Shown here in pieces: positions 35,224-49,763 of a DNA stretch of 62,093 nt (the first letter of the stretch is position 1; the number at the start of each line of letters is the position of its first letter). This DNA is from Malacoraja senta (Eukaryota), in NCBI GenBank assembly GCA_038087875.1, contig JAXLNO010000211.1:1-62093 (forward strand), written 5' to 3'. A program made the translations under genes and the position numbers. The notes under the pieces are model-generated. The model was not told the DNA's origin. It did no database searches and saw only the letters and a list, made by a program, of their open reading frames with translations.

Positions 35224-38200
35224 TTTGTTGGTTTTTTTTGGAAAATATTTTTTATTGGAGATAAGTACATAACATATTAACATCATTACCAGTCTTGCAT
35301 TTTTAAATTAATAATATTGTCAATTATTATTACACTGTCTCCAATACCTTTTGCCTTTTTTTGTTTTTTTTTAAACTAGATAGAACTAAAAAGATAGATG
35401 AAGTAAAGAAAGAAAAGAGAGAGAAGAAAAGGGAGAGAAAGAAAAAAGAAGAAAAAAAAAAAGAAAACAGAAAAGAAAAAGATAGTTAAAGAAGAATGGA
35501 ATAATTTATTAAGATAAAAAACTTCGTTCGAGATATATTCGTACATTTCAGAGTATAGCATTTCATCCATTCTTTAGCCCGAGTGTTAGTCAGGTTCTTG
35601 TGCTGAACCATTCTGACCCTTTAAATAATCAATAAAGGGAGACCATGTTCCAACGAATAATTCCTGTTTGTCCAACAGGGAAAATCTGATTCTTTCCACG
35701 TTTAAGGTCTCCGTCATTTCTATAATCCACATTTTGATTGTGGGGGTTATAGGGTCTTTCCAAAATTTTAGAATTAATTTTTTTCCCGTTATTATACTAT
35801 AATCAATAAAGTTTCTTTGTGTTGTTGTAAATGTTTGATTTAATTCTAATGTTCCGAGTATTATTAATTTTGGATCCGGGTCCAATTGTGTGCTGGTCAC
35901 TTTAGATATTATACTGAAAATATTTACCCAGAATGTTTTGATTTTTATACAGTTTGCAAACATATGAGATAAGTTAGCTTCTAAATGTTTAAATTTATCA
36001 CATATAGGTGAGATATGTTGAAAGATTTTATGTAATTTTGTTTTTGAATAATGTAACCTATGTATTACTTTAAATTGTATTAAAGAATGTCTGGCATTTA
36101 ATGAACATTGATGTATGTGTTGTAAACTTTCTTCCCAAGTATCTTTCGTTATTATTTGATTTAATTCTTTTTCCCATGTTTGTCTGTGTAAGTCCGTCGA
36201 TGGAATGTCACTGTCTAATAAAATATTATATATATAAGATATTAATTTTTCTGTATTAGGATGTTTATTCCAACATTCATCAAGAATTTCTGAATTTCTA
36301 ATTCGAAAATTTTGAGTATTCGATTTTACATAATCTCTGAGTTGAAGATATCTGAAAAAATCATTTCCTCGAAGTCCATAAGTCTGTTGCAACTCCTGAA
36401 ATGTAAGAAAAGTGCCTTCCTTGTAAAGTTGTCCCATATTTTTAATTCCATAATTCTTCCATTGTGTAAAACCCCTGTTCAACCATGAGGGCTTAAACAA
36501 AGGGTTATTCACAATTGGAAGAAAAAGTGATAAATTATCTAATTTTAATGTCTTTTTTAATTGTTTCCAAATTCGTATAGCACTAAATATGATAGGGTTT
36601 TCCATATAATTTTTTTTGTTTAATTTAGACGTAGCAAATAATATCGAGCCGATATCAAAAGGTAAACAATCTTCCTTTTCCATTTTTAACCAATCTGGTT
36701 GTTGATCTATTTCTTCCAACCAGAAATTCATATTTTTAATATTAACTGCCCAAAAATAAAACAGAAAGTTTGGTAAAACCAAGCCTCCATTTATTTTTGA
36801 TTTACACAAATGTCTTTTGTTTATCCTATGATTCTTATAATCCCAGATAAAATCATTAACAATGGAATCCAATTTTAAAAACAAGTTTTTTGACAAATAT
36901 ATCGGAATTGTCTGAAAAAGGTATAATATTTGCGGTAAAAAAATCATTTTTATGGCATTCATTTTGCCAACCATTGAGATAGGAAGTGTTTTCCAATATT
37001 GAATATTCTTATGTAGTTTGTTCAGTAATGGGGGGAAATTTGCTTTAAATAATGATGTATATATCTTAGTTACGTAAATGCCTAAGTATTTGAATTTTTC
37101 GTTTACTATTTTAAATGGAAATTGTTGCATTATATGTTTGTTGTGTTCCCTTATTGGCATAATTTCACTTTTATTCCAATTTATTCTGTATCCCGAGAGT
37201 GAACCAAATTGGGTTATTAGCTTTAATAAGTTTGGAATACTAATTTCTGGTTTTGTAATGTAAATTAGTACATCATCTGCGTAGAGAAATTTTATTCACT
37301 GTATCCTTTGTGTTATACCCATGTATTTCCGGATGACCCCTAACTCTTTCTGCGAGTGGCTCAATAGCAAGCGCAAATAATAATGGAGACAACGGGCATC
37401 GTTGTCTACAACCTCTAGATAGGCTGAATTTAGATGACAACCTTTGGTTTGTTAATATTCTAGCCGTAGGGTTTGTATATAACAGTTTTATCCTTGTGCA
37501 GAATTTCTCCCCAGCTGCATTTTTTCCATCACCGAAAATAAATAAGACCATTCAACCTGATCAAAAGCTTTTTCAGCGTCAAGTGAGATTATTGCTAGAT
37601 CTTCATTAATAATTCTCTTAGAATATATAATATTAAATAATCTTCTTAGATTATAATATGAGTACCGTTTCCAAATAAAGCCTGTTTGGTCAGGGTGTAT
37701 TAATTTATTCATCACTGTACTTAATCTATGCGCTAGTATTTTAGTTAATATTTTCTGATCTGTATTTAAAAGTGCAATTGCTCTATATGATCCCGGATCT
37801 TCCGGATCTTTATCAACTTTAGGAATAAGTGTTATTATAGATTCATTTAAAGTATCTGGAAGTTTCTGTTGAGTATAGATATGCTCATACAGCCTTTGTA
37901 AACGTGGGGAGAGCAAGTCATAATTTTTTTTTTAGAATTCAGAGCCTAAACCATCTGGTCCTACTGCTTTACCATTAGACTCTTCAATATCCTTTATCGT
38001 AATCTCCCCTTCTAATAATTCTCTATCGTTTGAGTCTAAACCTTTTAAATTACATTTTAGTAAAAAATCTGCTATTCCTTCTGGTTGTACTACAGTTTCA
38101 GTTGAATAAAGATTATGATAGTATTGGAGAAATCTTTCGTTTATATCCTTGGGCATTTTTAATAATTCTCCTGTATCTGTTCTAATTTTATGAATTATTT

Positions 38201-41200
38201 TTTCCCTTCCATTTTTCGTAACTGACGTGCTAATAGTTTTTGTGGTTTGTCTCCAAACTCGAAATGTAATTGTTTGGTTTTTTGATAAAGTTTTATTACT
38301 TGTTCTGAATACATTTTGTTTAATTTATATTTCAATACAGCAATTTTATTATGTTTTAATATAGATGGCATTCTCACATTTTCTATATCTAGTTGCTTGA
38401 TTTCCCTTTCCAATGTTTGTTGTTTAATCCTGTTCTCTTTATTATAAAATACTTGGGCAGAAATTAATGCACCTCGAACAAACGCTTTAAACGTTTCCCA
38501 CATAAGAGAAGTAGGTGTGTCAGGGTTGTCATTTACCTCAAAAAATATTTGAATCTGTTTAATAAGATATTCCTGGCATGATCTTTCATTCAAAATTTGT
38601 GGGTTAAATCTCCAATATGTTTGTTTCTCGGACATTCCATTTAATTTAATCATGAATGTTACAGGTGCGTGATCTGAGATTATAATATTATGGTATTTTG
38701 AGTTGTAAGTAAATGGGATAAACGTGGAGTCAACTAAAAAATAATCTATTCTTGAGTATGTTTTATGTACTGGTGAGTAAAATGAATATTCCCGTCCAGT
38801 TGGATTTTCAATTCTCCAGACATCCTTAACATTAATGGTATTAATAAATGAATTTAAAAATACACTTGATTGAGATTTTTTGCCTTGATGATCTATTTAA
38901 GTATGAATCTAATGTGCAATTGAAGTCTCCTCCAATTATTAATTTATATTGTGTAAATTCAGGAATTATATTAAATGTTTTATTAAAAAACATAGGATTA
39001 TCGAAATTAGGCCCATATACTGTGGCTTGCAAAAGTATTCATACCCCTTGAACTTTTCCACATTTTGTCACGTTACAACCACAAACGTAAATGTATTTTA
39101 TTGGGATTTTATGTGATAGACCAACACAAAGTGGCGCATAATTGTGAAGTGGAAGGAAAATGATACATGGTTTTCAAATTTTTTTACAAATAAAAAACTG
39201 AAAAGTGTCGCGTGCAAAAGTATTCAGCCCCCTTTACTCTGATACCCCTAAATAAAATCCAGTGCAACCAATTGCCTTCAGAAGTCACCTAATTAGTAAA
39301 TAGAGTCCACTTGTGTGTAATCTAATCTCAGTATAAATACAGCTGTTCTGTGAAGGCCTCAGAGGTTTGTTAGAGAACATTAGTGAACAAACAGCATCAT
39401 GAAGCCCAAGGAACACACCAGACAGGTCAGGGATAAAGTTGTGGAGAAGTTTAAAGCAGGGTTAGGTTATAAACAAATATCCCTAGCTTTGAACATCTCA
39501 TGGAGCACTGTTCAATCCATCATCCGAAAATGGAAAGAGTATGGCACAACTGCAAACCTACCAAGACATGGCCGTCCACCTAAACTGACAGGCCGGCAAG
39601 GAGAGCATTGATCAGAGAAGCAGCCAAGAGGCCCATGGTAACTCTGGAGGAGCTGCAGAGATCCACAGCTCAGGTGGGAGAATCTGTCCACAGGACAACT
39701 ATTAGTCGTGCACTCCACAAATCGGGCCTTTATGGAAGAGTGGCAAGAAGAAAGCCATTGTTGAAAAAAAGCCATAAGAAGTCCCGTTTGCAGTTTGCCA
39801 CAAGCCATGTGGGGACACAGCAAACATGTGGAGGAAGGTGCTATGGTCAGATGAGACCAAAATTGAAGTTTTTGGCCTAAATGCAAAACGTTATGTGTGG
39901 CGGAAACCTAACACTGCACATCACCCTGAACACACCATCCCCACTGTGAAACATGGTGGTGGCAGCATCATGCTGTGGGGATGCTTTTCTTCAGCAGGGA
40001 CAGGGAAGCTGGTCAGAGTTGATGGGAAGATGGATCGAGCCAAATACAGGGCAATCTTGGAAGAAAACCTGTTAGAGTCTGCAAAAGACTTGAGACTGGG
40101 GCGGAGGTTCACCTTCCAGCAGGACGACCCTAAACATACAGCCAGAGCTACAATGGAATGGTTTAGATCAAAGCATATTCATGTGTTAGAATGGCCCAGT
40201 CAAAGTCCAGACCTAAATCCAATTGAGAATCTCAGGCAAGACTTGAAAATTGCTGTTCACAGATGCTCTCCATCCAATCTGACTGAGCTTGAGCTATTTT
40301 GCAAAGAACAATGGGCAAAAATTTCAGTCTCTAGATGTGCAAAGCTGGTAGAGACATACCCCCAAAAGACTTACAGCTGTAATTGCAGCGAAAGGTGGTT
40401 CTACAAAGTATTGACTCAGGGGGGCTGAATACTTTTGCACGCGACACTTTTCAGTTTTTTATTTGTAAAAAAATTTGAAAACCATGTATCATTTTCCTTC
40501 CACTTCACAATTATGCACCACTTTATGTTGGTCTATCACATAAAATCCCAATAAAATACATTTACGTTTGTGGTTGTAACGTGACAAAATGTGGAAAAGT
40601 TCAAGGGGTATGAAAACTTTTGCAAGCCACTGTACATTAAGAAGAATCACTTTTTCTCCATTTAACTCTCCAACTAATATAATATATCTACCATCAATAT
40701 CCGCTATTGTTGATGAATGCGTAAAAGGTATTCCTTTACGAATTAATATTGCAACTCCTCTGGACATGGGAAAAAGAGGAATGATATGATTCAGCGATCC
40801 ACTTAGCTTTAAGTCTATGTTGAGATTCCTTTTTAAGGTGTGTTTCTTGAAGGAATATTATATCTGTTTTGATTGAATTTAGATGTGCCAAAACTTTACC
40901 TCTCTTAATTGGTTCATTGATTCCCTTAACAATCCAACTACAAAATGTTATTCCCTCACCCCCTCTTGTCATATTAACATCTTGCATATTGTTTCTAAGG
41001 TGGTCTATAACCGAGCAGAAGGTGCAACACACAAAATCTGACCCTGCTCCCGAACCTCAGATAGATGAATTTTAAATAATATACATCGCTCTTCCGAACA
41101 CATCTCCTTGAATTAATCTTGTTGTTCCATTCAAACATTAAGTTATAAAAATATTTAAAGTGAAAAAAGTGATAGAATTGGTTAGTATAGGGTGAAAGAA

Positions 41201-41394
41201 AAAAAACTACATCTACAATTAGTGTAGTTAGTGATAGCCACACTAACGTGGCTAGAATTCTAAAGACTTCCGTAGCCTTTGTAAAAAAAAAATCCCAGCT
41301 TCGTGTCCGAAAAAAAAAGAAGAATATTTCTGACAATCAATTAACTTCTTTGGGAGTAGCAAACATATATATATACACATACATACACACATAC

Positions 41395-41427
<33 letters not shown>

Positions 41428-43257
41428 CATATATACATACATATATATGCACATATCCCTGCAGAAAAGTCCAAAAACAGCATAAATTCACAACGTTATT
41501 ATTCTCTACATACCGTATTAATATCTTCGCTAAATATATAAATTTAATTTTAAATTGAAAAATAAAGAGAAAAACCGTCAAACCTTATTATGACGTAGGC
41601 TGAATTACCTCTTACACATATTCCTATAGAATATAAGTATGTAACTCATTTCTACGTTAACCAGAGACTGTTAGTTATTAATCATTGTTATCAATCGTAC
41701 CCAGTAATAAATTTTTATGAATAATATAAATGTTAATAATTTTAGTAGTAATATAGATATTTAATAAGTATTAGTAGTTACATATATAGTTAGATATGAA
41801 TATACTAAATAGTAATAGTGATTAATAACAATTGGTCACAACTATGATATTATTGATCTTAGAGTTTATACTAAAAATAAAAAAAGATAAAAAAATAAAA
41901 AACCACGGTTTTCTCCAATGTCCACCGTCCATTTCAGTTTTCGAATGTCCTTAAAGCTCTTAAAAGAACTCTAAAGGTCCTTTTAAATCTGGCGAAGTCC
42001 CGTTAATCCTTGACTCCTGAGGAGTATTGTAAATTCTTCAGTCTGCGGTCACGTTCTCGATTTCTTTGGCATATTCCAGTGCTTTTTCGTGGTCTGTAAA
42101 AAATGGCTCCTTCTGCTTGTAGGTGACTCTTAGTCTTGCGGGGTAAAGCAAGCCGTATCTCAATTCAGGTACCTTCTTCAGTATTCTTTTTGTCTCAGTG
42201 AACAGCGCTCTTTTCTTGAAGACCTCTGCCGGATAATCTCGATAAATACTGAACCTCACAACTTCAAAATAGAGCTGTCCGCTACGGACAATTTTCTTCA
42301 TTATCTCGTCAAATTCATGATCAAGTTGCACCTTTACTATAATTTGTCTTGGATGGGCATCATCTTGTGTACGACGCCCCTGCGCTCTATGTGCTCGACC
42401 GAGTGAAGGTTTTTGATCCAATTTTAAGGCTTTTTGTAGTAGGTCTGCCACAAAATCCCGAGGGCCCATATCCCTCTCACTTCCTTCTTTCACCCCTACA
42501 ATTCTTAAATTCTTGCATCTTTGACGCCCCTCCAGATCGGTACACTTATCACTTAATTTGGTCATCATATCGGAGAGGCGTTGGTTTTCAATAAGGAGTC
42601 GATTTACAGTTTCCACACTTGTCGCCGCACATTTCTCAAGTTCGGTTATCGCTGTTCTATGTTGATCAAGTGCTTGATGAATGGGGACCACCTCCATATT
42701 AGCGTTCGATTCCACCGAAATGAGCCTGGCTTCCAGCACTTCCATCTGTTCCTTGACCTCATCGTACCTCGACCTCTTCCAGACTTCCCGTATTTCTTGA
42801 ACGGTAGAAAGCATTTCTGCTTTAAAATCTACCTTAAAAGAGTTAAGTTCCTCTTTAAAATTCAATTTTCCTTCAAAGGTTTTCAACTGTAGTTGAATCT
42901 GTTTCATTTCAACAGCGAGAAAAGTTTTAAGATCTTCAATTTCAGACTTTTTTTGCTTTGATTTCTTCGTTGGTTCTTCCTGGGCCGTCATTGTACCTGA
43001 GGCCGAGGCCTCAGTTAGGCCTACCTCTTCCATCGGTGGTTTCACTTTAACGGATTTTTTTGGCCCACGGGGGCTGGGGGGGGGGGGGTATGTTGCATCG
43101 ACATACCGTCAAAGTCACGCGCCTGATGACGTCACGCAGCAGGCAGCCGTTCAGATCGCAATCGCTACAGGTAAGACCCGATTTTCTCCCGTTTTCAGAT
43201 TCTTCAGCATGGAGCTAGTTGGCACTGGACTCAAGCCACCATAGCGCCACCGGAAGT
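35224..43257 (-). mobile_element. Full-length L1 LINE: ORF1 42038-43045, about 1 kb inter-ORF spacer, frameshifted ORF2 about 40990-35586
   Basis: TSD ctcacaacccttttt (35209-35223 and 43258-43272) at a TT/AAAA site; poly-A; EN motifs LQETH, GDFN, SDH; RT motifs LDAEKAFD, PLSPLLF. Confidence 0.95.
39020..40632 (+). mobile_element. Tc1 transposon (Passport-like, IR-DR type) with a frameshifted transposase at 39399-40415
   Basis: About 210-bp TIRs with internal direct repeats tgcaaaagtattca; TA TSD; paired-HTH MKPKEHTRQVRDKVVEKFKAGLGYK, GRPPK, WSDETK, FQQD-DPKH, SPDLNPIE. Confidence 0.95.
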
Positions 43258-45047
43258 CTCACAACCCTTTTTAAACAATGGAACAACATGCACTGTACGG
43301 CAATCCTCCGGCACTATTCCCGTTTCTAATGACATTTGAAATATTTCTGTCATAGCCCCTGCTATTTCTACACTAACTTCCCTCACTGTCCTAGAAAATA
43401 TCCTGTCAGGACCTGGAGACTTATCCGTTTTCATATTTTTCAAAAGTGACCGCACCTCCTCTTCTTTGAATCTCACAGTTTCCATTGCTACTCTGCTTGT
43501 TTCCCTTACCTCACATAATTCCATATCCTTCTCCTTGGTGAATACCGAAGAAAAGAAATTGTTCAATATCTCCCCCATCTCTTTTGGCTCTGCAGATAGC
43601 TGTCCACTCTGACTTTCTAATGGACCAATTTTATTCCTTGTTATCCTTTTTCTATTAATATAGCTGTAGAAACCCTTTCACCTTACTTGCAAAAGCAACC
43701 TCATATCTTCTGTTAGCTTTTCTAATTTCTTTCTTAATATTCTTTTTACATTCTTTATACTCCTCAAGCACCTCATTTACTCCATGCTGCCTATAATTAT
43801 TGTAGATCTCTCTCTTTTTCCGAACCGTGTTCAATTTCCCTTGAAAACCATGGCTCTTTCCAATTTTTACTATTTCCTTTCAACCGAACAGGGACATAAA
43901 GATTCTGTACTCTTAAAATGTCACCTTTAAATGTCCTCCATTTCTCTACTACATCCTTCCCATAAAACAACATGTCCCAATTCACTCCTATTAAATCCTT
44001 TCGCATCTCCTCAAAGTTAGCCTTTCTCCAATCACAAATCTCAGCCCTAGGTCTAGTTCTGACCCTCTCCATAATTATATTGAAACTAATGGTATTGTGA
44101 TCACTGGACCCAAAGTGCTCCCCAACGCCTACCTCCGCTACCTGCCCTGTCTCATTTCCTAACAGGCGGTCCAGCACTGCCCCTTCTTTAGTAGGTACCT
44201 CTATGTATTGCTGCAAAAAACTATCCTGCACACATTTTACAAACTCCAAACCATCCAGCCCTTTTACAGAATGTTTTTCCCAGTCTATGTGTGGAAAATT
44301 GAAATCTCCCACAATCACTACCTTGTGCTTACTATTAATATCTGCTATCTCCTTACATATTTGCTCTTCCAATTCTCGCTCCCCATTTGGCGGTCAATAA
44401 TACACCCCTATAAGTGTTGATACACCTTTCCCATTTCTCAGTTCCACCCAAATAGCCTCCCTAGACGAGCCCTCTACTCTATCCTGCCAAAGCACTGCTG
44501 TAATATCTTCCTTGACAAGCAATGCAACCCCCCCCCCACCATTTGCCCCTCCAATTCTATCACCCCTGAAGCAACGAAATCCTGGAATATTTAGTTTCCA
44601 ATCACAGCCCTCCTGCAACCATGTTTCACTGATCGCCACAACATCATACTTCCAGGTGTCAATCCATGCTCTATCCACGACTTCCCCAGAAGACGATAAT
44701 GAGATTTAAAAAGCTTGAGGATAGGCACGTGGATATGTAGGGACTTGAGGGATATGAATCATGTACAAGCAGTTTAGTTTAACTTGTAATCATGTTCGGC
44801 ACAGACATTGCAGCTGAGCTCTAACCCATTACACCCTTCATGAACAAAAATATATCAATCTCAATCTGGAAATTTTCAAGTGGGCAACATATTCAACAGA
44901 TTACAGAATTGAGAACCAGAAGACATAGGTTTAAATTGAGGGGGGGGGGAAAGATTTAATGGGAATCTGATGAGCAATTTCTTCCCACACAATGCTTCCT
45001 TTCTAACTATTCTGACAATCGTCAAGGCTTGGAGATTTCAAACCTAC

Positions 45048-45106
45048 TCGTCCTGAAAGTTTAATCCCATTGTTACCAGATGAAAGTAAATATAATGGTG
45101 ATTCCC
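45048..45106 (-). CDS. Weak candidate upstream exon (coding or UTR) of the SUN-like gene
   Basis: Long T-rich acceptor ...ttatttcaacag, donor gtaggt; phase-2 end compatible with 32759; no recognised homology. Confidence 0.25.
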
Positions 45107-45299
45107 CTGTTGAAATAATAACATATAAAACAAAAATCCTTGGCTGTGGAGTGTTTTGGGAAGTCACATGGATTTTATCATTACTGTATTCCACTAGCCG
45201 CCTTGCTGCATGTAAACTTTATCACAGAACAAATACTGCTTATTCATGTAGAAACAAGAGCATGCAGATGCTGGTTAATACACATATAATGCTGGAGTA

Positions 45300-46503
45300 A
45301 TTGTGTCTATAGGTAATTACACATCTGAGTGTGCAAAAATTACATGTGGAGTTCCCCAGGGCTCCATTCTGGGGCCTCTTCTGTTTAACATCTACATGCT
45401 TCCACTGGCTCAGATCATGAAAAACATCAAAATATGTTACCATAGTTACGCAGACGACACACAAATCTACATAACAATATCACCAGGAGACTATAGTCCA
45501 ATACAAGCACTGAGTAGATGCATTGAGCAAATCAACGATTGGATGAACCAGAATTTTCTCCAATAAAACAAAGAAAAAACTGAAATAATTGTTTTTGGAG
45601 CCAAGGAAGAACGATTAAAATTTAGCACCCAGCTTCAAATGGTAATGCTAAAACCAACAAACCAAGCCAGAAACGTAGGAGTAGTCATGGACTCAGAACT
45701 GAACTTCAACAGCCACATAAAAACAGTCACAAAGTCAGCCTACTATCACCTAAAGAACATATCAAGGATTAAAGGACTTATGTCTCAGCAGGATTTGGAA
45801 AAACTTGTCCATGCATTTATCTTCAGCAGGCTCGACTACTGTAACAGTGTCTTTACAGGTCTCCCTAAAAAGTCGATCAGACAGCTGCAGTTAATTCAGA
45901 ACGCTGCTGCTCGAGTCCTCACTAAGAGCAAAAAAGTAGATCACATTACTCCAGTTCTGAGGTCTTTACACTGGCTTCCTGTCTGTCAAAGAATTGATTT
46001 CAAAATACTACTGTTGGTTTACAAAGCACTGAATGGTTTAGGGCCAAAATACATTTCTGATCTTCCCAGACCTCTCAGATCGTCTGGGACATGTCTGCTC
46101 TGTGTCCCCAGAGTCAGAACTAAACATGGAGAGGCAGCATTTAGTTTTTATGCTCCACATATCTGGAACAAACTCCCAGAAAACTGCAGGTCTGCTGCAA
46201 CTCTCAGTTCTTTTAAATCTAGACTGAAGACTTTTCTGTTTGCCGCTGCCTTTCAGTAAACAATACAATTTATTAATTACCTATACTGCACTGTAACTTC
46301 TATTCCTGGTTTTATGCTATTTTAAATATTTTATTTGATTGCTTTTAATTTTGTAATTATTTTATCTGAATAATCTAATCATTTTATATCTAAATGTCAT
46401 TTTATATGTGTTTCTTTCAAATGCTTTAAATGTTTTGTGTAAAGCACTTTGAATTACCTTGTGGTTGAAAGGTGCTATACAAATAAACTTGCCTTGCCTT
46501 GCC
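45300..46503 (+). mobile_element. L2 LINE 3' fragment
   Basis: [32 protein letters not shown]; aataaa followed by a (cttgc)n tail. Confidence 0.92.
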
Positions 46504-46539
46504 TAGCAGGTCAGGCAGTATGTCGGGAGAACATGGATA

Positions 46540-49500
46540 GGTGTACAAAAGGGACGGATTGCATCTTAACAGGTGTGGGACCAGCATTCTGGCAGGCAGG
46601 TTTGCCACTGCTACACGGGTGGTTTTAAACTGAATAAGGGGGGTGGGGTGTCGAATGGGATAGTGGAGGATGGAGTTAAAGGGAAAGGGTTTCTTAAATG
46701 TGTGAGCGTAGAGACAGAGGAGTGTAAAATGAGGGTAGAAGCAATAGGTAACAAGGTGAAAAGTAAAAGTGGAAGACAGACAAAACCAGGGCAAAAATCA
46801 AAAAGGGCCACTTTTCAACATAATTGTATAAGGGGTAAGAGTGTTGTAAAAACAAGCCTGAAGGCTTTGTGTCTCAATGCAAGGAGCATTCGTAATAAGG
46901 TGGATGAGTTGAATGTGCAGATAGCTATTAATGACTATGATATAGTTGTGATCACGGAGACATGGCTCCAGGGTGACCAAGGCTGGGAGCTGAACATCCA
47001 GGGATATTCAATATTCAGGAGGGATAGAGAGAAAGGAAAAGGAGGTGGGGTAGCATTGATGATTAGAGAGGAGATTAACGCAATGGAAAGGAAGGACATT
47101 AGGTTCGAGGATGTGGAATCGGTATGGGTAGAGCTGCGAAACACTAAGGGGCAGAAAACGCTGGTGGGTGTTGTGTACAGGCCACCTAACAGTAGTAGTG
47201 AAGTTGGAGATGGTATCAAACAGGAAATTAGAAATGCGTGCGACAAAGGCAAAACAGTTATAATGGGTGACTTCAATCTACATATAGATTGGGTGAATCA
47301 AATTGGCAGAGGTGCTGAGGAAGAGGATTTCTTGGAATGTATGCGGGATAGTTATCTAAATCAACATGTAGAGGAACCAACGAGAGAGCAGGCTATTTTA
47401 GACTGGGTATTGAGTAATGAGGAAGGGTTAGTTAGCAGTCTTGTTGTACGTGCCCCCTTGGGCAAGAGTGACCATAATATGGTTGAGTTCTTCATTAGGA
47501 TGGAGAGTGACATTGTTAATTCAGAAACTATGGTTCTGAACTTAAAGAAAGGTAACTTTGAGGGTATGAGACATGAATTGGCCATGATTGACTGGCAATT
47601 AATTCTAAAAGGGTTGACGGTGGACATGCAATGGAAGACATTTAAAGACTGCATGGATGAACTACAAAAATTGTTCATCCCAGTTTGGCAAAAGAATAAA
47701 TCAGGGAAGGTAGTGCATCCGTGGATAACAAGGGAAATTAGGGATGGTATCAAAGTGAAAGATGATGCGTACAAATTAGCCAGAAAAAGCAGCATACCAG
47801 CGGACTGGGAGAAATTCAGAGACCAGCAGAGGAGGACAAAGGGCTTAATTAGGAAAGGAAAAATAGATTATGAAAGAAAACTGGCAGGGAACATAAAAAC
47901 TGACTGCAAAAGTTTTTATAAATATGTAAAAAGAAAGAGATTAGTTAAAACAAATGTAGGTCCCCTGCAGTCAGAAAGAGGTGAGTTGATCATGGGGAAC
48001 AAGGATATGGCGGACCAATTGAATAACTACTTTGGTTCCGTCTTCACTAAGGAAGACATAAATAATCTGCCGGAAATAGCAGGGGACCGCGGGTCAAAGG
48101 AGTTGGAGGAATTGAGTGAAATCCAGGTTAGTCGGGAAGTGGTTTTGGGTAAATTGAATGGATTAAAGGCCGATAAATCCCCAGGGCCAGATAGGCTGCA
48201 TCCCAGAGTACTTAAGGAAGTAGCTCCAGAAATAGTGGATGCATTAGTAATAATCTTTCAAAATTCTTTAGATTCTGGAGTAGTTCCTGAGGATTGGCGG
48301 GTAGCAAACGTAACCCCACTTTTTAAGAAGGGAGGGAGAGAGAAAACGGGGAATTACAGACCAGTTAGTCTAACATCGGTAGTGGGGAAACTGATAGAGT
48401 TGGTTATTAAAGATGGGATAGCAGCACATTTGGAAAGTGGTGAAATCATTGGACAAAGTCAGCATGGATTTACGAAAGGTAAATCGTGTCTGAAGAACCT
48501 TATAGAATTTTTCGAGGATGTAACTAGTAGAGTGGATAGGGGAGAACCAGTGGATGTGGTGTATCTGGACTTCCAGAAGGCTTTCGACAAGGTCCCACAT
48601 AAGAGATTAGTATACAAACTTAAAGCACATGGCATTGGGGGTTCAGTATTGATGTGGATAGAGAACTGGCTGGCAAACAGGAAGCAAAGAGTAGGAGTAA
48701 ACGGGTCCTTTTCACAATGGCAGGCAGTGACTAGTGGGGTACCGCAAGGCTCAGTGCTGGGACCCCAGCTATTTACAATATATATTAATGACCTGGATGA
48801 GGGAATTGAAGGCAATATCTCCAAGTTTGCGGATGACACTAAGCTGGGGGGCAGTGTTAGCTGTGAGGAGGATGCTAGGAGACTGCAAGGTGACTTGGAT
48901 AGGCTGGGTGAGTGGGCAAATGTTTGGCAGATGCAGTATAATGTGGATAAATGTGAGGTTATCCATTTTGGTGGCAAAAACAGGAAAGCAGACTATTTTC
49001 TAAATGGTGGCCGACTAGGAAAAGGGGAGATGCAGCGAGACCTGGGTGTCATGGTACACCAGTCATTGAAAGTAGGCATGCAGGTGCAGCAGGCAGTGAA
49101 GAAAGCGAATGGTATGTTAGCTTTCATAGCAAAAGGATTTGAGTATAGGAGCAGGGAGGTTCTACTGCAGTTGTACAGGGTCTTGGTGAGACCACACCTG
49201 GAGTATTGCGTACAGTTTTGGTCTCCAAATCTGAGGAAGGACATTATTGCCATAGAGGGAGTGCAGAGAAGGTTCACCAGACTGATTCCTGAAATGTCAG
49301 GACTGTCTTATGAAGAAAGACTGGATAAACTTGGTTTATACTCTCTAGAATTTAGGAGATTGAGAGGGGATCTTATAGAAACTTACAACATTCTTAAGGG
49401 GTTGGACAGGCTAGATGCAGGAAGATTGCTCCCGATGTTGGGGAAGTCCAGGACAAGGGGTCACAGCTTAAGGATAAGGGGGAAATCCTTTAAAACCGAG

Positions 49501-49763
49501 ATGATAAGAACTTTTTTCACACAGAGAGTGGTGAATCTCTGGAACTCTCTGCCACAGAGGGTAGTCGAGGCCAGTTCATTGGCTATATTTAAGAGGGAGC
49601 TAGATGTGGCCCTTGTGGCTAAAGGGATCAGAGGGTATGGAGAGAAGGCAGGTACGGGATACTGAGTTGGATGATCAGCCATGATCATATTGAATGGCGG
49701 TGCAGGCTCGAAGGGCCGAATGGCCTACTCCTGCACCTAATTTATATGTTTCTATGTTTCTAT
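46540..49763 (+). mobile_element. CR1 (HER1-type) LINE, truncated in ORF1, with intact ORF2 at 46573-49665
   Basis: 1030-codon uninterrupted APE and RT frame; upstream YKRDGLHLN (end of an SGNH-esterase ORF1); (ctatgttt)n tail. Confidence 0.97.

Larger units (their letters stand above)
33765..44680 (-). mobile_element. CR1 LINE (APE-RT) split by a full-length L1; halves at 33765-35223 and 43258-44680
   Basis: PLFKKGCE|SKPSNYRPVSL is contiguous across the insertion; (ccatataa)n tail. Confidence 0.93.
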
